A stretch of DNA of 64,000 bases from the NCBI GenBank assembly GCA_951406725.2, contig OX597827.1:79732001-79796000 (forward strand), read 5' to 3'. Made by a program: the position numbers and the translations under genes. The DNA is from Octopus vulgaris (Eukaryota). Shown in pieces: positions 1 to 12,672 of this stretch (positions within the stretch are counted from its first letter, which is position 1; the number at the start of each line of letters is the position of its first letter). The notes under the pieces are model-generated. The model searched no databases. It worked only from the letters and a program-made list of their open reading frames with translations, and had not been told where the DNA came from.

Positions 1-215
1 GGGCAGATGGCTGATACATTTAAGGATTGTTATCGTAACCATGTAACCAGCTTTAAGACAATGAATAAGAGATATTCAACATCTTTGGCTGATTTTGTAT
101 GGCAACTGAAGGAGGATAAAATAAAGTACAGCATAACTTGGTCCATAGTAAGGTATGCAAAACCATACAACATAATTTCCAGGAGATGCCATCTCTGCTC
201 TGAGGCTGAGGAATC
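1..215 (+). mobile_element. Penelope-like element, C-terminal GIY-YIG region fragment
   Basis: FKDCYRNHVTSF...TSLADFVWQLKE...ITWSIVRYAKPY...RCHLCSEAE matches the FK.RY.NH..SF / W.LK / RC.LC..EK pattern of invertebrate PLE endonuclease C-termini. Confidence 0.75.
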
Positions 216-269
216 CCTGTGGACTAATGAGAAGATCAGTAATAGAATTTCTGAAAGACTCTTGAAATG

Positions 270-500
270 CCTCTCCCTCTCTCTCTCTCTCTCTCTCTGC
301 GCGTGCGCCCGCGAGTCCTTCCCTCCCTCCCTCCCTCCCTCCCTCCCTTCCTTCCTTCCTTCCTTCCACACATACAGGCTTGTCCTTTCAGGTGCTGGTT
401 AAAAAAGCATTCATGCCGGTGCTGCATAAAGGTACCTATGTTGGCTAAATTAAGTCTTCTTCCAGTGCAGACAGCTGGTTGGTTGGTTGGTTGGTTGGTC
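270..500. repeat. Microsatellite cluster (CT)n, (CCCT)n/(CCTT)n, (TTGG)n
   Basis: Directly visible tandem repeats. Confidence 0.95.
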
Positions 501-859
501 CAGAACGAAACAACATGGAGGCAACAGCAGCGTTACAGTTCTTCACCAAATGCTGGTCTCTTACAAAGCATTGTATCCAAGATTGTTAATATATCCTCAA
601 TAAATCTATTTCCATCTTATGATTGTGAAAGTAAAAAGTATGGAGGGAGCTAAGTGACTTGATATTTACTGTTTGTTCAAGGAGATTTGGAAGCTATCTC
701 TATCTGGTCGAGTCACCACTCTTTTTCAATTTTTATGAACCAATATCAAGCAGTACAAAATGTTGCATTAAAATAATTCACTTACTTTTACAACTTTTTA
801 TCTTACAAATGTTTAAAAGTTATTTCATCATTGATTTAGCTTAGTCAACCAAATATTCA

Positions 860-1995
860 CACTGCAGTGGGTTTTCAAGAAACCATGGTTGTATTGTCAA
901 GAGGTGTACGCTTGCTTTGTTGACCTCAAAAGGGCATACAACTGCATTCCACAGGACTTGTTGTGGAAGGTTCTGCAGGAGGATGGGATTGAGGGACTGC
1001 TTCTTGTCGTCTTCAAGTTCCTACATATATGTCCTAGTATTTGTGTTTGGATAAATGTTGCCAAGTTGTAATCATTCAATATGGATGTTGGACTCTGCTA
1101 AGCGTGTGTACTGTCACCTCCCCTGTTCATAATCTTTATGGACAGGATTGACATGCACAGCCAGGTTGGAATCAGTATCAAGACTGGCAGATGTAGGATC
1201 AGGTGGCTAGAATTTGCAGATGCATGGTACCACTCAGTTCATTGGGAGGTGGTTGCCAATGTGCACATTAGAAGTTTCCTACCAAGTGCTGCTCAGCAGG
1301 AATGAATATTAGTATTCTCAAGACTGAGACACTCATCTTCTCAAAGAAGCCTGCTTAATGTACTCTTACATGTGAGTGGAGTTGCACTGAAGCAGGTGGG
1401 GAAGTTCAAGTGTCTTGGGGTCATCTTCATGAATGATGGAAGACAGGAGGACGAATTAGGTGCAGTAATGGTGCCAGTTCAACATTCGGTCATCAGAAGA
1501 TGGGATTTAGATGTAAAAATCAAACTCGCTATCTTCAATTCGGTATTTGTACCTACCCCTACCTTTGGTCATGAATCTTGGGTAATGCCTGAAAGACTAC
1601 GATTGCATATAGAAGCAAGATGGGGATTTCCACCCAACAAAGGGTTGTTGAAGTAACAGTAATCAATAAAGTGCATAGCTTGGAGATCAGAGAGGCACTC
1701 CAGATAGAGCCACCACTTATCTGAATTGAAAGGTCACAGCTTTGATGTTACAACATGTAAAAATTACTCTGGAATGCATTTCTGAATAAGTATTATGGGC
1801 AAAACCAAACAGCAAGAGACCCCCCAGGGGTAGAGAACAAACTTAATGATTGGATGACATTCATGAGCTTGGTTGGTCTCACTTGGGAATCCAGCCAATC
1901 AATTGGGGACAATTGCTTTTGAGGGGACATGATGGAAGGCATGCTTGAGGACTCTGTCCCAGCGACCCTACCAGGATTAAATGGGCAAAGAAGAT
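860..1995 (+). mobile_element. Degenerate 5'-truncated RTE-clade LINE (Rex3/Expander-like)
   Basis: Fragments VYACFVDLKRAYNCIP..LLWKVL, CVLSPPLFIIFMDRI, EFAD, LKQVGKFKCLGVIF..DGR, TFGHESWVM, with stops and frameshifts. Confidence 0.85.
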
Positions 1996-2574
1996 GAGAT
2001 TTATTTTGATATTATTTATGTAAAAATACTATTTCAAAAAGAAAGAGTAAGCAACTCCATCTAAATTATTTCAATATACATTTGAAAAGTTTTTAAAGAA
2101 GTAGAGTTTTGTGCTGTGGATGGACACACAATGAAAGAATAAAAATTTAATGTGACATGTAGCTGTTTTGTATGGCTGACAACCTGAAGCAAAAGTGTAA
2201 TAGGCAGATTTGTTAGAGTGCAAAGTGAAACTTTCTCAAGAGGAAACTGCTACATATTGTGTGAAACTGGACAAGCATCAAATTTGTATAAAAAACTTTC
2301 TTCACATTGTATGTATAAGCTGTGTTATGAAAAAGCAAATGGACAGTGTTCTATGACTTGGGTCCCATTTTGGAACTATCCAATTGTATTGAAGAAAATA
2401 TGCAATCATTTTAAAATTCAAAAATATCCAAAGATCAAAACACTTTTGGTCCTATGCATATCAAATTAAGTATTATCAATTGCAGGCTGAAGATTTCCTT
2501 TCATGAACTGTAGAGTGATCATTTATAATATTTCAAAGGTACTAACATTTCAAATCAAAGATATACGAGAAGGT

Positions 2575-3000
2575 GTTGGCATGGCTGTGTGGTTAAGAAG
2601 TTCACATCCCATGCACATGGTTTTGGGTTTAGTCCCATAGCATAGAACATTAAACATATCTTTTCTATCATAACCTTGAGCCAAACACAATTTTGTGAAT
2701 GGATTTCGTAGACAGAAACTGAAAAAAAACCCTCATTGTACATAGATGTGTGTATGTTGCACATGTGTGTGTAGTGTGTATTTTTCATCTCTTTATCTTG
2801 ACATAGCATTAATGGTTGTAAATCAGTGTGACCAGTGTAAGAGCAATGCCATTCATTTCCAATCTTCCATGAAAACATGTCCACCTTATGGAAAAATATT
2901 ACCTTGTTTGGAAACAGGGATGGCTTTAGGCTATAGAAATTCTACTGGAACAAACTCTATCCAACTCATGAAAGTATGGTAAGTGGACGTTCAAATGATA
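2575..3000 (+). mobile_element. tRNA-headed SINE, family B
   Basis: Head ggcatggctgtgtggttaagaagtt and body gtgaatggattt..gtagacagaaactgaa are shared with copies at 30705-31110, 47855-48180 and 50195-50345. Confidence 0.7.
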
Positions 3001-4852
3001 TAGACATATACATGCATACATACATACATACATACATACATACGAGTGAACACAGACACACACACATTTGTACATATATAATGTAAATGCACCCAATAAG
3101 GAGGAAAGGACAGCTGACAGCAATGAAACATTTGTAATGTTACATAACATGCACCCAGTGCCTCTTTTGAAACAGCTGTAATGTTTAAGTACTTCCATTC
3201 CTTTCATTAATTGATTTGATTATCATATAAAAAGCTATATATGTTGCTTTTGAACTGGATTTGTATAGCATCTGTCATCTTGATGGAATTTCTGTCTAAT
3301 CTTGATATGGAATGAAGTGTATTAGATGCGGTGATTAATAAACTTTATTGATCAATTATCAATTCATTTGTGTTCTTTATACAAGCCTTATTTTTGCTAG
3401 AGGCTAATCAACTGCTTTTACCATGATCAATTGATCCTACTACATTATCACGTGTGTGTGTGTGAATGAATGTGCGCATGTATCATCATCATTTTTACAT
3501 CTGCTTTTCATGCTGGCATGGGTTGGATGGCTCAGCAAGATCTAATGGGTTGTCTTAACATAATTGTGTGAAAGGGTTCCAGTGCTGTCCATGGTATAAG
3601 AATGAATGTGGAAAGGAAGGTGTGGGTGTTGGGAGTGAGTGAAAGACAGAAAGATAGAGACGAGTGATAAAAAAGCCAGAAACACTGTTCGGAGAGGATC
3701 AATGAAAGAGAGATAAGAGGAGTTGTGCAATTGAAGGGAGTGGGCCAAAGAAAGGGGTAGGATTGGGTGTTGAAGCAATGGGGAGATGTTCAGTGCAACA
3801 ATGGAACGTAAGAGTGCAGGTGCAGTGGATGAATGCAGCAAAGAGCAGTAAAAGAAAAGCAGGAGGGAACCATTGAAGCGGTGGAGAGCAGAAGACAAAT
3901 GTCGAGGGAGCACCCCAGCCATCTTCACTACCCTTCTTGCATCAGAGGGAAAGTTTTACTTAAGCAGCATATCTCGCCAATTATCATGGTTTCCTGTCAT
4001 CTTTGTAAGGTTCTGCACATACAGACATTAGATGTTGTTCCAGGAAAATGTCACAGTTATTTCAATCTAATTTTTGGCTTCCATGTAGAGATGTTTCTTA
4101 TTTACTCATACATATATGTCTATATACATAAGTAGCTTCACTGGTTTGGCTGCTAGTTCTACCATGTCAAGGTTCATTCTAAGTGCCTCCTTCTGACTTA
4201 TAGACTACCTCATTGAGATCTCCATTGTTGGATCATACATATATATACAGACACAAGGTAATGGAAAACACTGTTATTTACTAGTTTGCTACTTTTTTTT
4301 TTATGTGAAGATTTTGGTGGAAGGCAACAGTCTTCAGTTATTTACAATGTCTAATTTATGTCGATATCTATGGTTATTATAATGGAACTTGTTTGATATA
4401 TGGGCCTTACTTGAGTGGTCTAGAATCACATTACTATAAACACAGTACCATTAGTGTGTCACCATTTTTAATACCATCAGGGCATAAGCATACACATCGG
4501 TTATTGTTGCTATCTCTATATTGTCACATTTAGGAGTTCTGTATTTAAAAACGGAACTTCCAAGGTCAGGTTCTTCATTGTATTTTAATTTTCTAATTTT
4601 GAACTTTTTTTTATTTGTTCCATTGTTGTTATTGTTTTTTAGTCCCAAGTCAGTCATGAACAGACTCAAAGCTAAAAGAGCTTCCTGTGACCCCCCCCCC
4701 CCTGCTATTTTCTAATATATCTGAGACTATTTTGCATTGTCAGGCATGTCCAACATTATTCAGATTTGTTGCAAAACCCTTCTTATTCATTCCAGAAGAG
4801 TTATGCAACTAATTGTTTATCTGAATGGGTGTTGTTCAGTTTTTAAACTGCC

Positions 4853-4885
<33 letters not shown>

Positions 4886-6594
4886 TCTTCCTTCCCTTTC
4901 TCTTGGCATGCATGTTCCTTATTTTTTGTCTTTTTTTTTTTTCAATATTCCCGAAAGTGGGGTCCTCAATTATTGTGGTAGATTTCATTAATTCAATTCA
5001 TCTCCTCGTTTAGCACTCTGACTGACTCTTAGGTTCCTTTAACAACCCATTCTATTGCAAGCATTCTCTTTTGTTAAGTTAACTTAAGTTCAATGGTTAC
5101 CTGACATAATGCATTCACGAATGTATTTGTGCAAACATATATGCACATATGCACACACGTGCCCCCACACACACACATTAAGATTTTTCAAACCAAATTC
5201 TTAATCTTCAGAAAATTTAACATTTAACTATTTTATATTTCAAAAGAAAATGGGAACCTTATCAAAACATGAGTAATTATATGTGAATGAGGTGTGAACC
5301 TCTGCATATCTAAAAACTGGATTTAATTATATTTTGTTTAAAATATAAAATATCGGGGTATATAATCAGTTATAAAGATGTAGTCAAGGTTTAGCTACCA
5401 AAACCAGAAGGTTAATAGGATGGGTTAAGACTGAATATGATGGACTGTACAGAAAGTGAAATTTAAATATAAATAATAATGAAAAGGTTTAAGAGAAATG
5501 TTCAAGCAAAATTTAGAGAACTATCTGAAAGAGGAGTAATAAGGTGGATATAATTACATAGAAGATAGGGGCAGATGATTTAAGTGGAGGTAACAAATTC
5601 TAAGGATAACGATATTATATAAACTTTAATTTGGAGAACTGAAGAATAACAATCTTGGAGTGATTTCAAAGTTATAAATATTTGTACAGATATCAACATT
5701 TGTATGGGAGTCAATGTGCAGAATTTGGAAGAGTTGGGAGCCTTGAAAAGTAGAGCAACAAGGAAAATATCTGACAAATTTTAACGTATAATAAACAAAA
5801 AAAAAATAACTTGATAAACTGCTTTAAACAAAACCTTTCTGTTGCCAGCATTTTGAAATTCTTTGAAACTGGAAATGTGATTTTTTTTTTTTCATTTTCA
5901 CTTATTTCATATTTTATTCATTAAACAAATAATCAGTTTCCATTGCCTTTCTTATTCATACAAATATTTACAAATAAATTGCTGCCTGATAATCAGAAGT
6001 TTAAACGTTAACATATCAAATCACTTAGATTTATTTATTTCAAGCAGTCAAAGAAAAAAAAAAAGATCAACATCACTTTTAGTTTGTGATGTTCAACCTA
6101 CCAAATTAATAACTTGGGACTGTGGGGATGTTAATCTTTGTCTCTCCATTAAATATACCTGGTTAGAAAAATGTTGTTTCAATCCTGAGTTTTCCTGTTT
6201 AGGTTGTTGAAGTCCCCTTTTATAATCTACAAAATAATGTGGTCATAATAAAAATTGTTACATTGATTACTAACCCTGGGTTATGTATGTGTCTGAAGGA
6301 CAATATATAACTTAGAAATTCAATTGTACTATTTCTGCAGTAATTTTTCTCATGCAAACAAACATACACAATGGTCAGTAAACTAATTAAGTAACAATCA
6401 TAATAAATGGATCTTATTCAGTACTGATTTTTTGTCACTAGTATCTTTAAAAGTAATTTATCTCTTTAAAAGATTAATATTTTTTCATGAAACATAATTG
6501 TTATTTTTTGCTGATATTTTTATGAAATTACAAGCTTTCTTAAACAGGATATTTCAAATGACGAATGTACTAAGTATCTAAAGGAAGTGGTTAT

Positions 6595-9500
6595 TATTAT
6601 TCGACTTGATTCAGGGTTGATCTTATACCTTGTAGAATTTATGTGGGTAGTGAGTTACTCCCCATAACCTTAGCTACCTCTATAGTTTCAATAAGCCATC
6701 AAGTGCTCAAAACCCTTCTGATGATCTTTCCTGTTCCTCAGAGGTAAACCATCTGTAGAAGCTCTACAGGGCATTCCGTTCCAATCTCATTTATCCATTT
6801 GTCTATGTCACCACTCACAGGCCTTAATGTACCAATTATCATTGGTACAACCTTAACACATTTATGTTCCAAAGCCTTGGAATCTCAAGTTCTAAGGGGT
6901 TGTATTTTTTCAACTTTCCATCTGCTTTTTTTTATGATACTGATATCTAATGGACATGATGGATGAATCAATAAGAAAATTCAATTTTCCTTGTCTATTA
7001 TTGTAGTATCTGGTTTGTTATGTTCAATCTTTTTATCCGTTTGAATTTGAAGATCCTGCAAAATCATGCATGTTCTTGACTCAACTTTCTACTCAATGAT
7101 TGTATCATATACTTCCTACTCTTTTCTGACAAAGCTTCCAGGGTAAAACTTTCACAACTTGATCGTACCTTTGTTTCTTATATTCTCCCTGGGTCAACTC
7201 AAAGCATTCTGCAACAATGTCTGCCATCATTTCATCCCAAATTCCTCATATTCTACATTTTGTTGACACCTTCTCCCCATATACATATTTTCTCAAGTTG
7301 TTTGTTTGCATTACTTGATCTTGAGCTGCTCCTGCTTTTTTTTTTCAGTCATCCCTTTTTCAAATAAGCCCAAGATATTGTTCCACATACATCCTCAAAG
7401 GCTTTCCAAAATTGACCATGCAAAGATTTCTTATCAATCTCTTTAATGTGTTCTGTTCAAATTCCATTCCTGTCCTTTTCACTTGTCCAGTATTGCTCAC
7501 CTGTTACCTTCAGTAACTTTTCTGTGCTGTTCTGTAAAAAACCTACTAAGCTGTTTCATTCCACCAGCACACACTCTTCCACACCAATTAAGTCTCTTCC
7601 ACCCTGATCTCTCTTCAAGTACAACCAGTTGGTACCAACTTCTGGGTGGTAGGCTCCATACATAGTCAACAATTTTCTAATTTTCCTGTTAAGTTTCTGC
7701 ACGTTTGCCTTTTGTCCAATCTACAATTCCAGCTCCATATCTGTTAACAGGCATTACTCTTCAATTTATCACTTCCTCTTCCTTTACTCAACCATCCCAT
7801 TTATGTTCCTGCTGTCTCACACTCTCTCTCTTTCTCTCTTTCTCCTGCACTTGCCTCAGGTTGGGTAACCATGTATTTCCTTTGTGGTAGCGCACCTGTT
7901 TCTGCCTTCATTCTTCTCTCTCTCCTGCTGGGTAGCCTTGTACTTCCTCTACAGCAAGACACCTGTTTCTGTCTCTCTGTCTCACTATAACTTTTCATCA
8001 TCTAACACAAGATCACCTACTCCAATGCCTCCTCCCCTCTTGAAAGTTTTTTTCTTATTTTTGTCTTGCAAGTATTTGGTGACCCTGTCAGTGCAGGTGC
8101 CACTTAAAAGCACCCAGTCTACATTGTAAAGTGGCTGGTGTTCAGAAAAGCCTTCAAGCTGTAAAAACCTTTCTAAAACTGACCTCGTCTGCTTATGCCA
8201 TGTAAAAAGCACCAAGTCCACTCTACTGAGGGGTTGGTGTTAGGAGGGGCATCCAGCTGTAAAAATCCTGCCAAAGCAGTAACAGAAGTCTGGTGCAGGC
8301 TTCTGCCTGGCTGGCTCTTGTGAAACTGTCCCACTCATGCTCGCATGGCAGGCAGATGTTAAACGATGATGATGATGATGAATAGCATTTCTTGAATCCA
8401 ACCTTGATTGTAATATTTTCCTCACTCCCTTTCTACACTCCCTACTTGTAATTTGTTTCATCTCTTCATGTTTTATTTCATCTGCCTCCAGTATTCCTAA
8501 ATACTTATACCTTTGTCCTTTCTCAATTAATTTCATTGTTGGCCCCTTTGGCATCTCAATTTCTCGACTTCCTTCAAGTTTTCCACATTTCATTATCAAT
8601 ATAGTGCTATTTTTGATCTTCAATTCCATTCCTACTTCATTTGAGAAATGTGAACAATATATGTACAAGACTTTCCAGCCACTTCTCATTTTTGTATAAA
8701 GCTTTATATAATCTATGAAGAGGAGATGATTTATCTGACCACACTCTTTTCCTAAATCATAAGCTTTTTCACCTGTCCATCATATCAAACTGTGTGATAC
8801 TACAGCCAATACAAATAGTAACGGAGATAAGCTATCACCTTGGAATATGTCATGTCTACTGTTCACCTTTCCTCCAAACAATTCAGTATTCCAATGTTTC
8901 ACACTTTCAATGACCATTTGCTTCCTATTTTCTGTCACACCCAACATGCTCATTGTTTTACTTACCCAACTGTGTGATATCATGTCATATGCTTCTTTTT
9001 ATAATCCAACTCTACTACATTCAGTCCCATTAATCTGCATCTGCAGTTTCTAATTACCATTTAATCCACTAACAACTGGTCTTTAGTTGCCCTACTTCAC
9101 CTCCTTTACCCCCACCTGTTCTGCTGGAAGTAAACTGTTACTTTCCAGATAATGATACAACTTTTCCACCAAGACACTAATCATAAGATTCCATGTAAGT
9201 GGTGAACAGATTATAACTTGAAAATTTGGCACCAATTTACTTTTCAAAGGATCCTTAAAACATAACATTCGTCCACTTATCATCCAACTAGAGACACATT
9301 CCTGCTGCAGGTATTCATTAGGATGTGCTCTGATCCTTTCATCCAACTGTGTAAAATTCATCAGCCAATAACCTTGTATTCCATCTGATCCTTTCCAATT
9401 TGATATTTTTCACAACTTCAGTCCCATTGAGTTCAATTCTGACATTCTTTCGCTTTGCCACAGTCACAGGTTGTCTCTCCACTTTCGTTTACCACTCTGC

Positions 9501-9645
9501 ATTTTGTTTTGTCTTTCTGGCCTCTTCTAAGTTCTCACTTTTGTCTTATTGGGCTGTTTCTTTCTCATTATCCTATTTAATTGCTCCAGTTTTTTCCATG
9601 TCTTTTCCAATTTCATTTGTATCCTCTTCCTCCAGTCTTTTATCA
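6595..9645 (-). mobile_element. Degenerate R4/Dong-like non-LTR retrotransposon (RT plus restriction-like endonuclease) with nested insertions
   Basis: IFQGDSLSPLLFVLA, NHLLFID, YKYLGILEADEIKHEEMK, decayed CCHC knuckle, IQTDKKIEHNKPD endonuclease motif. The 3' end lies at a (TAA)n run near 6592. Confidence 0.82.
8068..8380 (+). mobile_element. Retroposon with RTE-like 3' tail ending in (GAT)n (family C), nested in the R4-like element
   Basis: ggttggtgttaggaggggcatccagctgtaaaa...gcatgg..gatgttaaacgatgatgatg. Relatives at 47400-47676 and 60060-60227, and reversed tail ends at 3482-3540 and 42731-42780. Confidence 0.75.
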
Positions 9646-9649
9646 TTAC

Positions 9650-10110
9650 TATTATGATTGAGTGAGAGAGCCGTGCATGCCATCAAAGTGGCACTTGGGT
9701 ACAAATATACAAAGCTCAATATATCCATCATGACTGCCCATCTGATAAGGGTACTCCAGGTGCATGCAACATAATCTTAAGTGCATGACATGATGATGTT
9801 GTATCAATACAAACAGCGCATCACCTTGTAGGTGGGGTCTTGTTAGAATTTTCCTTGGGTTGAGCAGCTCATCCTGCTCTTAAGGTCCCTGAATGAGGGT
9901 TACTTAAGGATGATGAACAAAACATCCACGTTTTCAGAGGCAAATTATTCATTGAAGCCACAAAAAATTCATCTCAACACATGGCTATGATGCTCCCCCA
10001 CTACTTCTGCTCATGATCAAAGATGCACTAAGGGACATGCTCAACTGGTTAAGGTCAAGCAACTGACAAGCAAATCTGTGGTATTGAGCAGAATATTTGC
10101 TGTAGCCTGT
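9650..10110 (-). mobile_element. ~450-bp non-coding interspersed repeat (family D) with (TAA)n tail
   Basis: Reverse complement of 43697-44150 (gctacagcaaatattct...ctctctcactcaataataata). Confidence 0.8.
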
Positions 10111-10674
10111 CTGTGATAGTGGTGTAAGAGATAGGAGGAGAATACTAGTTGTAGGCTGGTTGCAGATAGTATAGTGTTGATTGAAAGCTTACTGTTTAGA
10201 CAGAAATCCTTACTTGGGATATGATCTAACATGCGTATGATAAGGCTATTGGCTTGTCTTAGATATATGAGCTGTAGCCAGTGCAAGGTGAATTCAAATT
10301 TTGTGTAAAGTTAGCAGCTATGTAAGGCATGAGTATTTTCTAGCTCTGAAAAAGTAACTTAGTTTCTTTGATGCATCACAAAAGCACTTGCTAAGAATGT
10401 GATAGTTTGTTTGTGATGGTTTGTGAATAGAGGCTACTCAATTTTGTGGGTTTGATTCCTTGAGATCAATAACATGGTGATATTTAATGATACCATGTAG
10501 TCAAGTTAGTTAGGTTCCGACTTAAGACATGTAAAAATTTGGGTTGATTTTTTGTTTTTCTAGCATGCATACTGGGTTAAATATGAAATGGCATGAATAA
10601 ATTCTGATGACAGTTATTCACTAGCATAAGGGAGATATCTGATTAACTTTAGGTAGAATGTAAAATGCAATTAG

Positions 10675-10796
10675 TCAGGAGAAAGAAAATTGTCTTTGTA
10701 AATCAAGCATAATTTCTTCATCTAATGCAAATATATTTCCAAAAGAGTTCACATCATTGGCCTGATGAATGGTGAGTAAGCATAAGGGACAATTTT
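10675..10796 (-). CDS. Weak candidate terminal exon 3 (ENCPLCLLTIHQANDVNSFG...QFSFS*)
   Basis: Acceptor ctttagttttcag, open in the required phase 1 for 40 codons to TGA. No recognised homology; could be chance. Confidence 0.2.
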
Positions 10797-11615
10797 CTGA
10801 AAACTAAAGTGTAAACTTGTGGCTGTTTTGTATTTGATTCAATGTCAATAAACTGGAATACATAGATTGAGCAGTGCAAAGTAGATGAAAACAAGAAAAG
10901 AAATAGAAAGGAATAAAAAGGCTAAGGATCATGTATTTAGTAATTAAAAAGAAAATATTAAGCTGTTCTTTGGATGAAAGCTTTATTCTAGTTAAACTAT
11001 TCAAGGAAGACAATTTTAATTGATGTTATTTAAAATAACTTCTAAATTGGATCAGAATAATCAGCACCAGGCCAGCCACAGTTAAGGGGCAATTGTAGTT
11101 TTAGTTTTATTAGTAGGTTAAATTAAAATGATAAAGCAAATATGACTGATTCTAAAATGTTTGAAATATAAATTCTGAAGGTTTAATTACAACTGAGTAC
11201 AAAGCATTTTGAATTGCAACACAGAAGCCATCTACCAAACTGTTATATTCACTACAACAATGAAGAGAGGCAATAACAAACACTAACATATTTAAAACTA
11301 GTATTTATGAAATAATTTAGTTCCCAAACTGATAATGTTGACAGTGGAAATTACATTTGTCTGATGGAGGAATATGACATCTGTTATTCATACATTTACA
11401 CGTACACATGTGCACAATGTGTTGATAAGTAGTAATCATAAAAGTGTGTGCTTTTTAGGGTGATATTTAATGAGAGAGAAGGCATTGAATGTGCTTGTGC
11501 ATATGAACAGGAGCAAATAATAATTTCCTATTTTTAAGAGGTAGTTAATAATTTTAATGATTTTAATAGTGAAGCCTAGAACTTATCATAGCATAAGTAA
11601 ATTAAATGTATTCAC

Positions 11616-11781
11616 CTAACACTCCTGGAATTTCTTCATATTGCTCTGTGAAGCCCTTAGTCCAACAATGGCTGCTGTCTCCCTGTGTTGGCATTGTGTC
11701 AGTGAGATAGCGGGAGCCATTCTCAGTATTCTGTTGAGGCTGTTCACTGTGTGGTGCTATTTCCATTGACTCATGATACAT
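11616..11781 (-). CDS. Protocadherin cytoplasmic exon 2 (MYHESMEIAP...GDSSHCWTKGFTEQYEEIPGVL/G)
   Basis: T-rich tract then cttcaaatccctcag|ATG acceptor in phase 0, matching the upstream phase-0 donor; 55 open codons; donor TTAG|GTGAAT (phase 1). Balanced composition against AT-rich flanks. The GDS.H.W...QYEE.PG pattern resembles octopus protocadherin tails as I recall them. Confidence 0.8.
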
Positions 11782-12461
11782 CTGAGGGATTTGAAGAAAA
11801 AAAAATCCCAAATAATTAAAGAAAATAGTTCCATACTATTTCTTATAAATACTAATTTATTTCTTTTACATAGACATGAAGTATCAAATCTCATATGCAA
11901 GGGACAAAGGAGAAGCCATGATGCTCAACTTTCCCAAGATCATTAGGGATATAAGTGACACTATTCCAACTTGGAATTAAGACCTAATCATTGATTCAGT
12001 TTAAGAACTTTACTCTTGCACAGAACTTATTCTTATAAATACTTAGAGCTAATTATCACAAGTATTTAGTGCTTCTTTTTCAATCATTGTATGTGGTAAA
12101 GTCTGTTTCTTATACAGAGTTTCTTCAAGAAGGAAAATAGGGTGTTGTGATGCCTATGCAAGTTTTTAAAAGAAAATTTCTTTTAGTTTAATATAGTCTG
12201 GATGCTTAAGTAAGGTGCTTAGCCTGGATATCTGGAAGAAGAATGAAATTAGAAAGAACACTAGGGGTCAGGTATGAATGACTGCAACAGAATGGACCCT
12301 GCTAAATGCAGTAAATTAATATTAGATTAAATTGAAAATTGAGGTAAGATAAGAGAATCAGTTCCCTTGGAGTTTCCCTCTACTCTGCAATACTTATCCA
12401 TATATTTGGAAAAAAAACAACATTTGGACTTTATTTAGAAAAGGAAAAATATTGATTAAAT

Positions 12462-12672
12462 TTCCTTTAGGCACAAGGGCTGAAATTTCGGAGGATGGGT
12501 CTAGTCGATTATATCGACCCCCAGAATTCAACTGGTACTTATTTTATCCAACTCTAGAAGGGCGAAAAGCAAAGTCAGCCTCAATAGAATTTGAACTCAG
12601 AACTTCATGACCAATGAATGTTGTTGCTAAGCATTTTGTCTGTTGTACTAATGAATCTGCCAGCAGCTTGCA
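12462..12672 (-). mobile_element. SINE family A (core ctgagttcaaattc..gaggtcgactttgcctttcatcc..gataaaataagtaccagt)
   Basis: Core recurs at 15490-15795, 30420-30580, 34885-35040, 38390-38600, 43475-43660, 48195-48330 and 52320-52510. Confidence 0.8.

Noticed and set aside
10762-10768. Isolated CTGATGA boxes (also ~30225, ~57890) as hammerheads
   Set aside because: No stem II followed by GAAA and no stem I closure.
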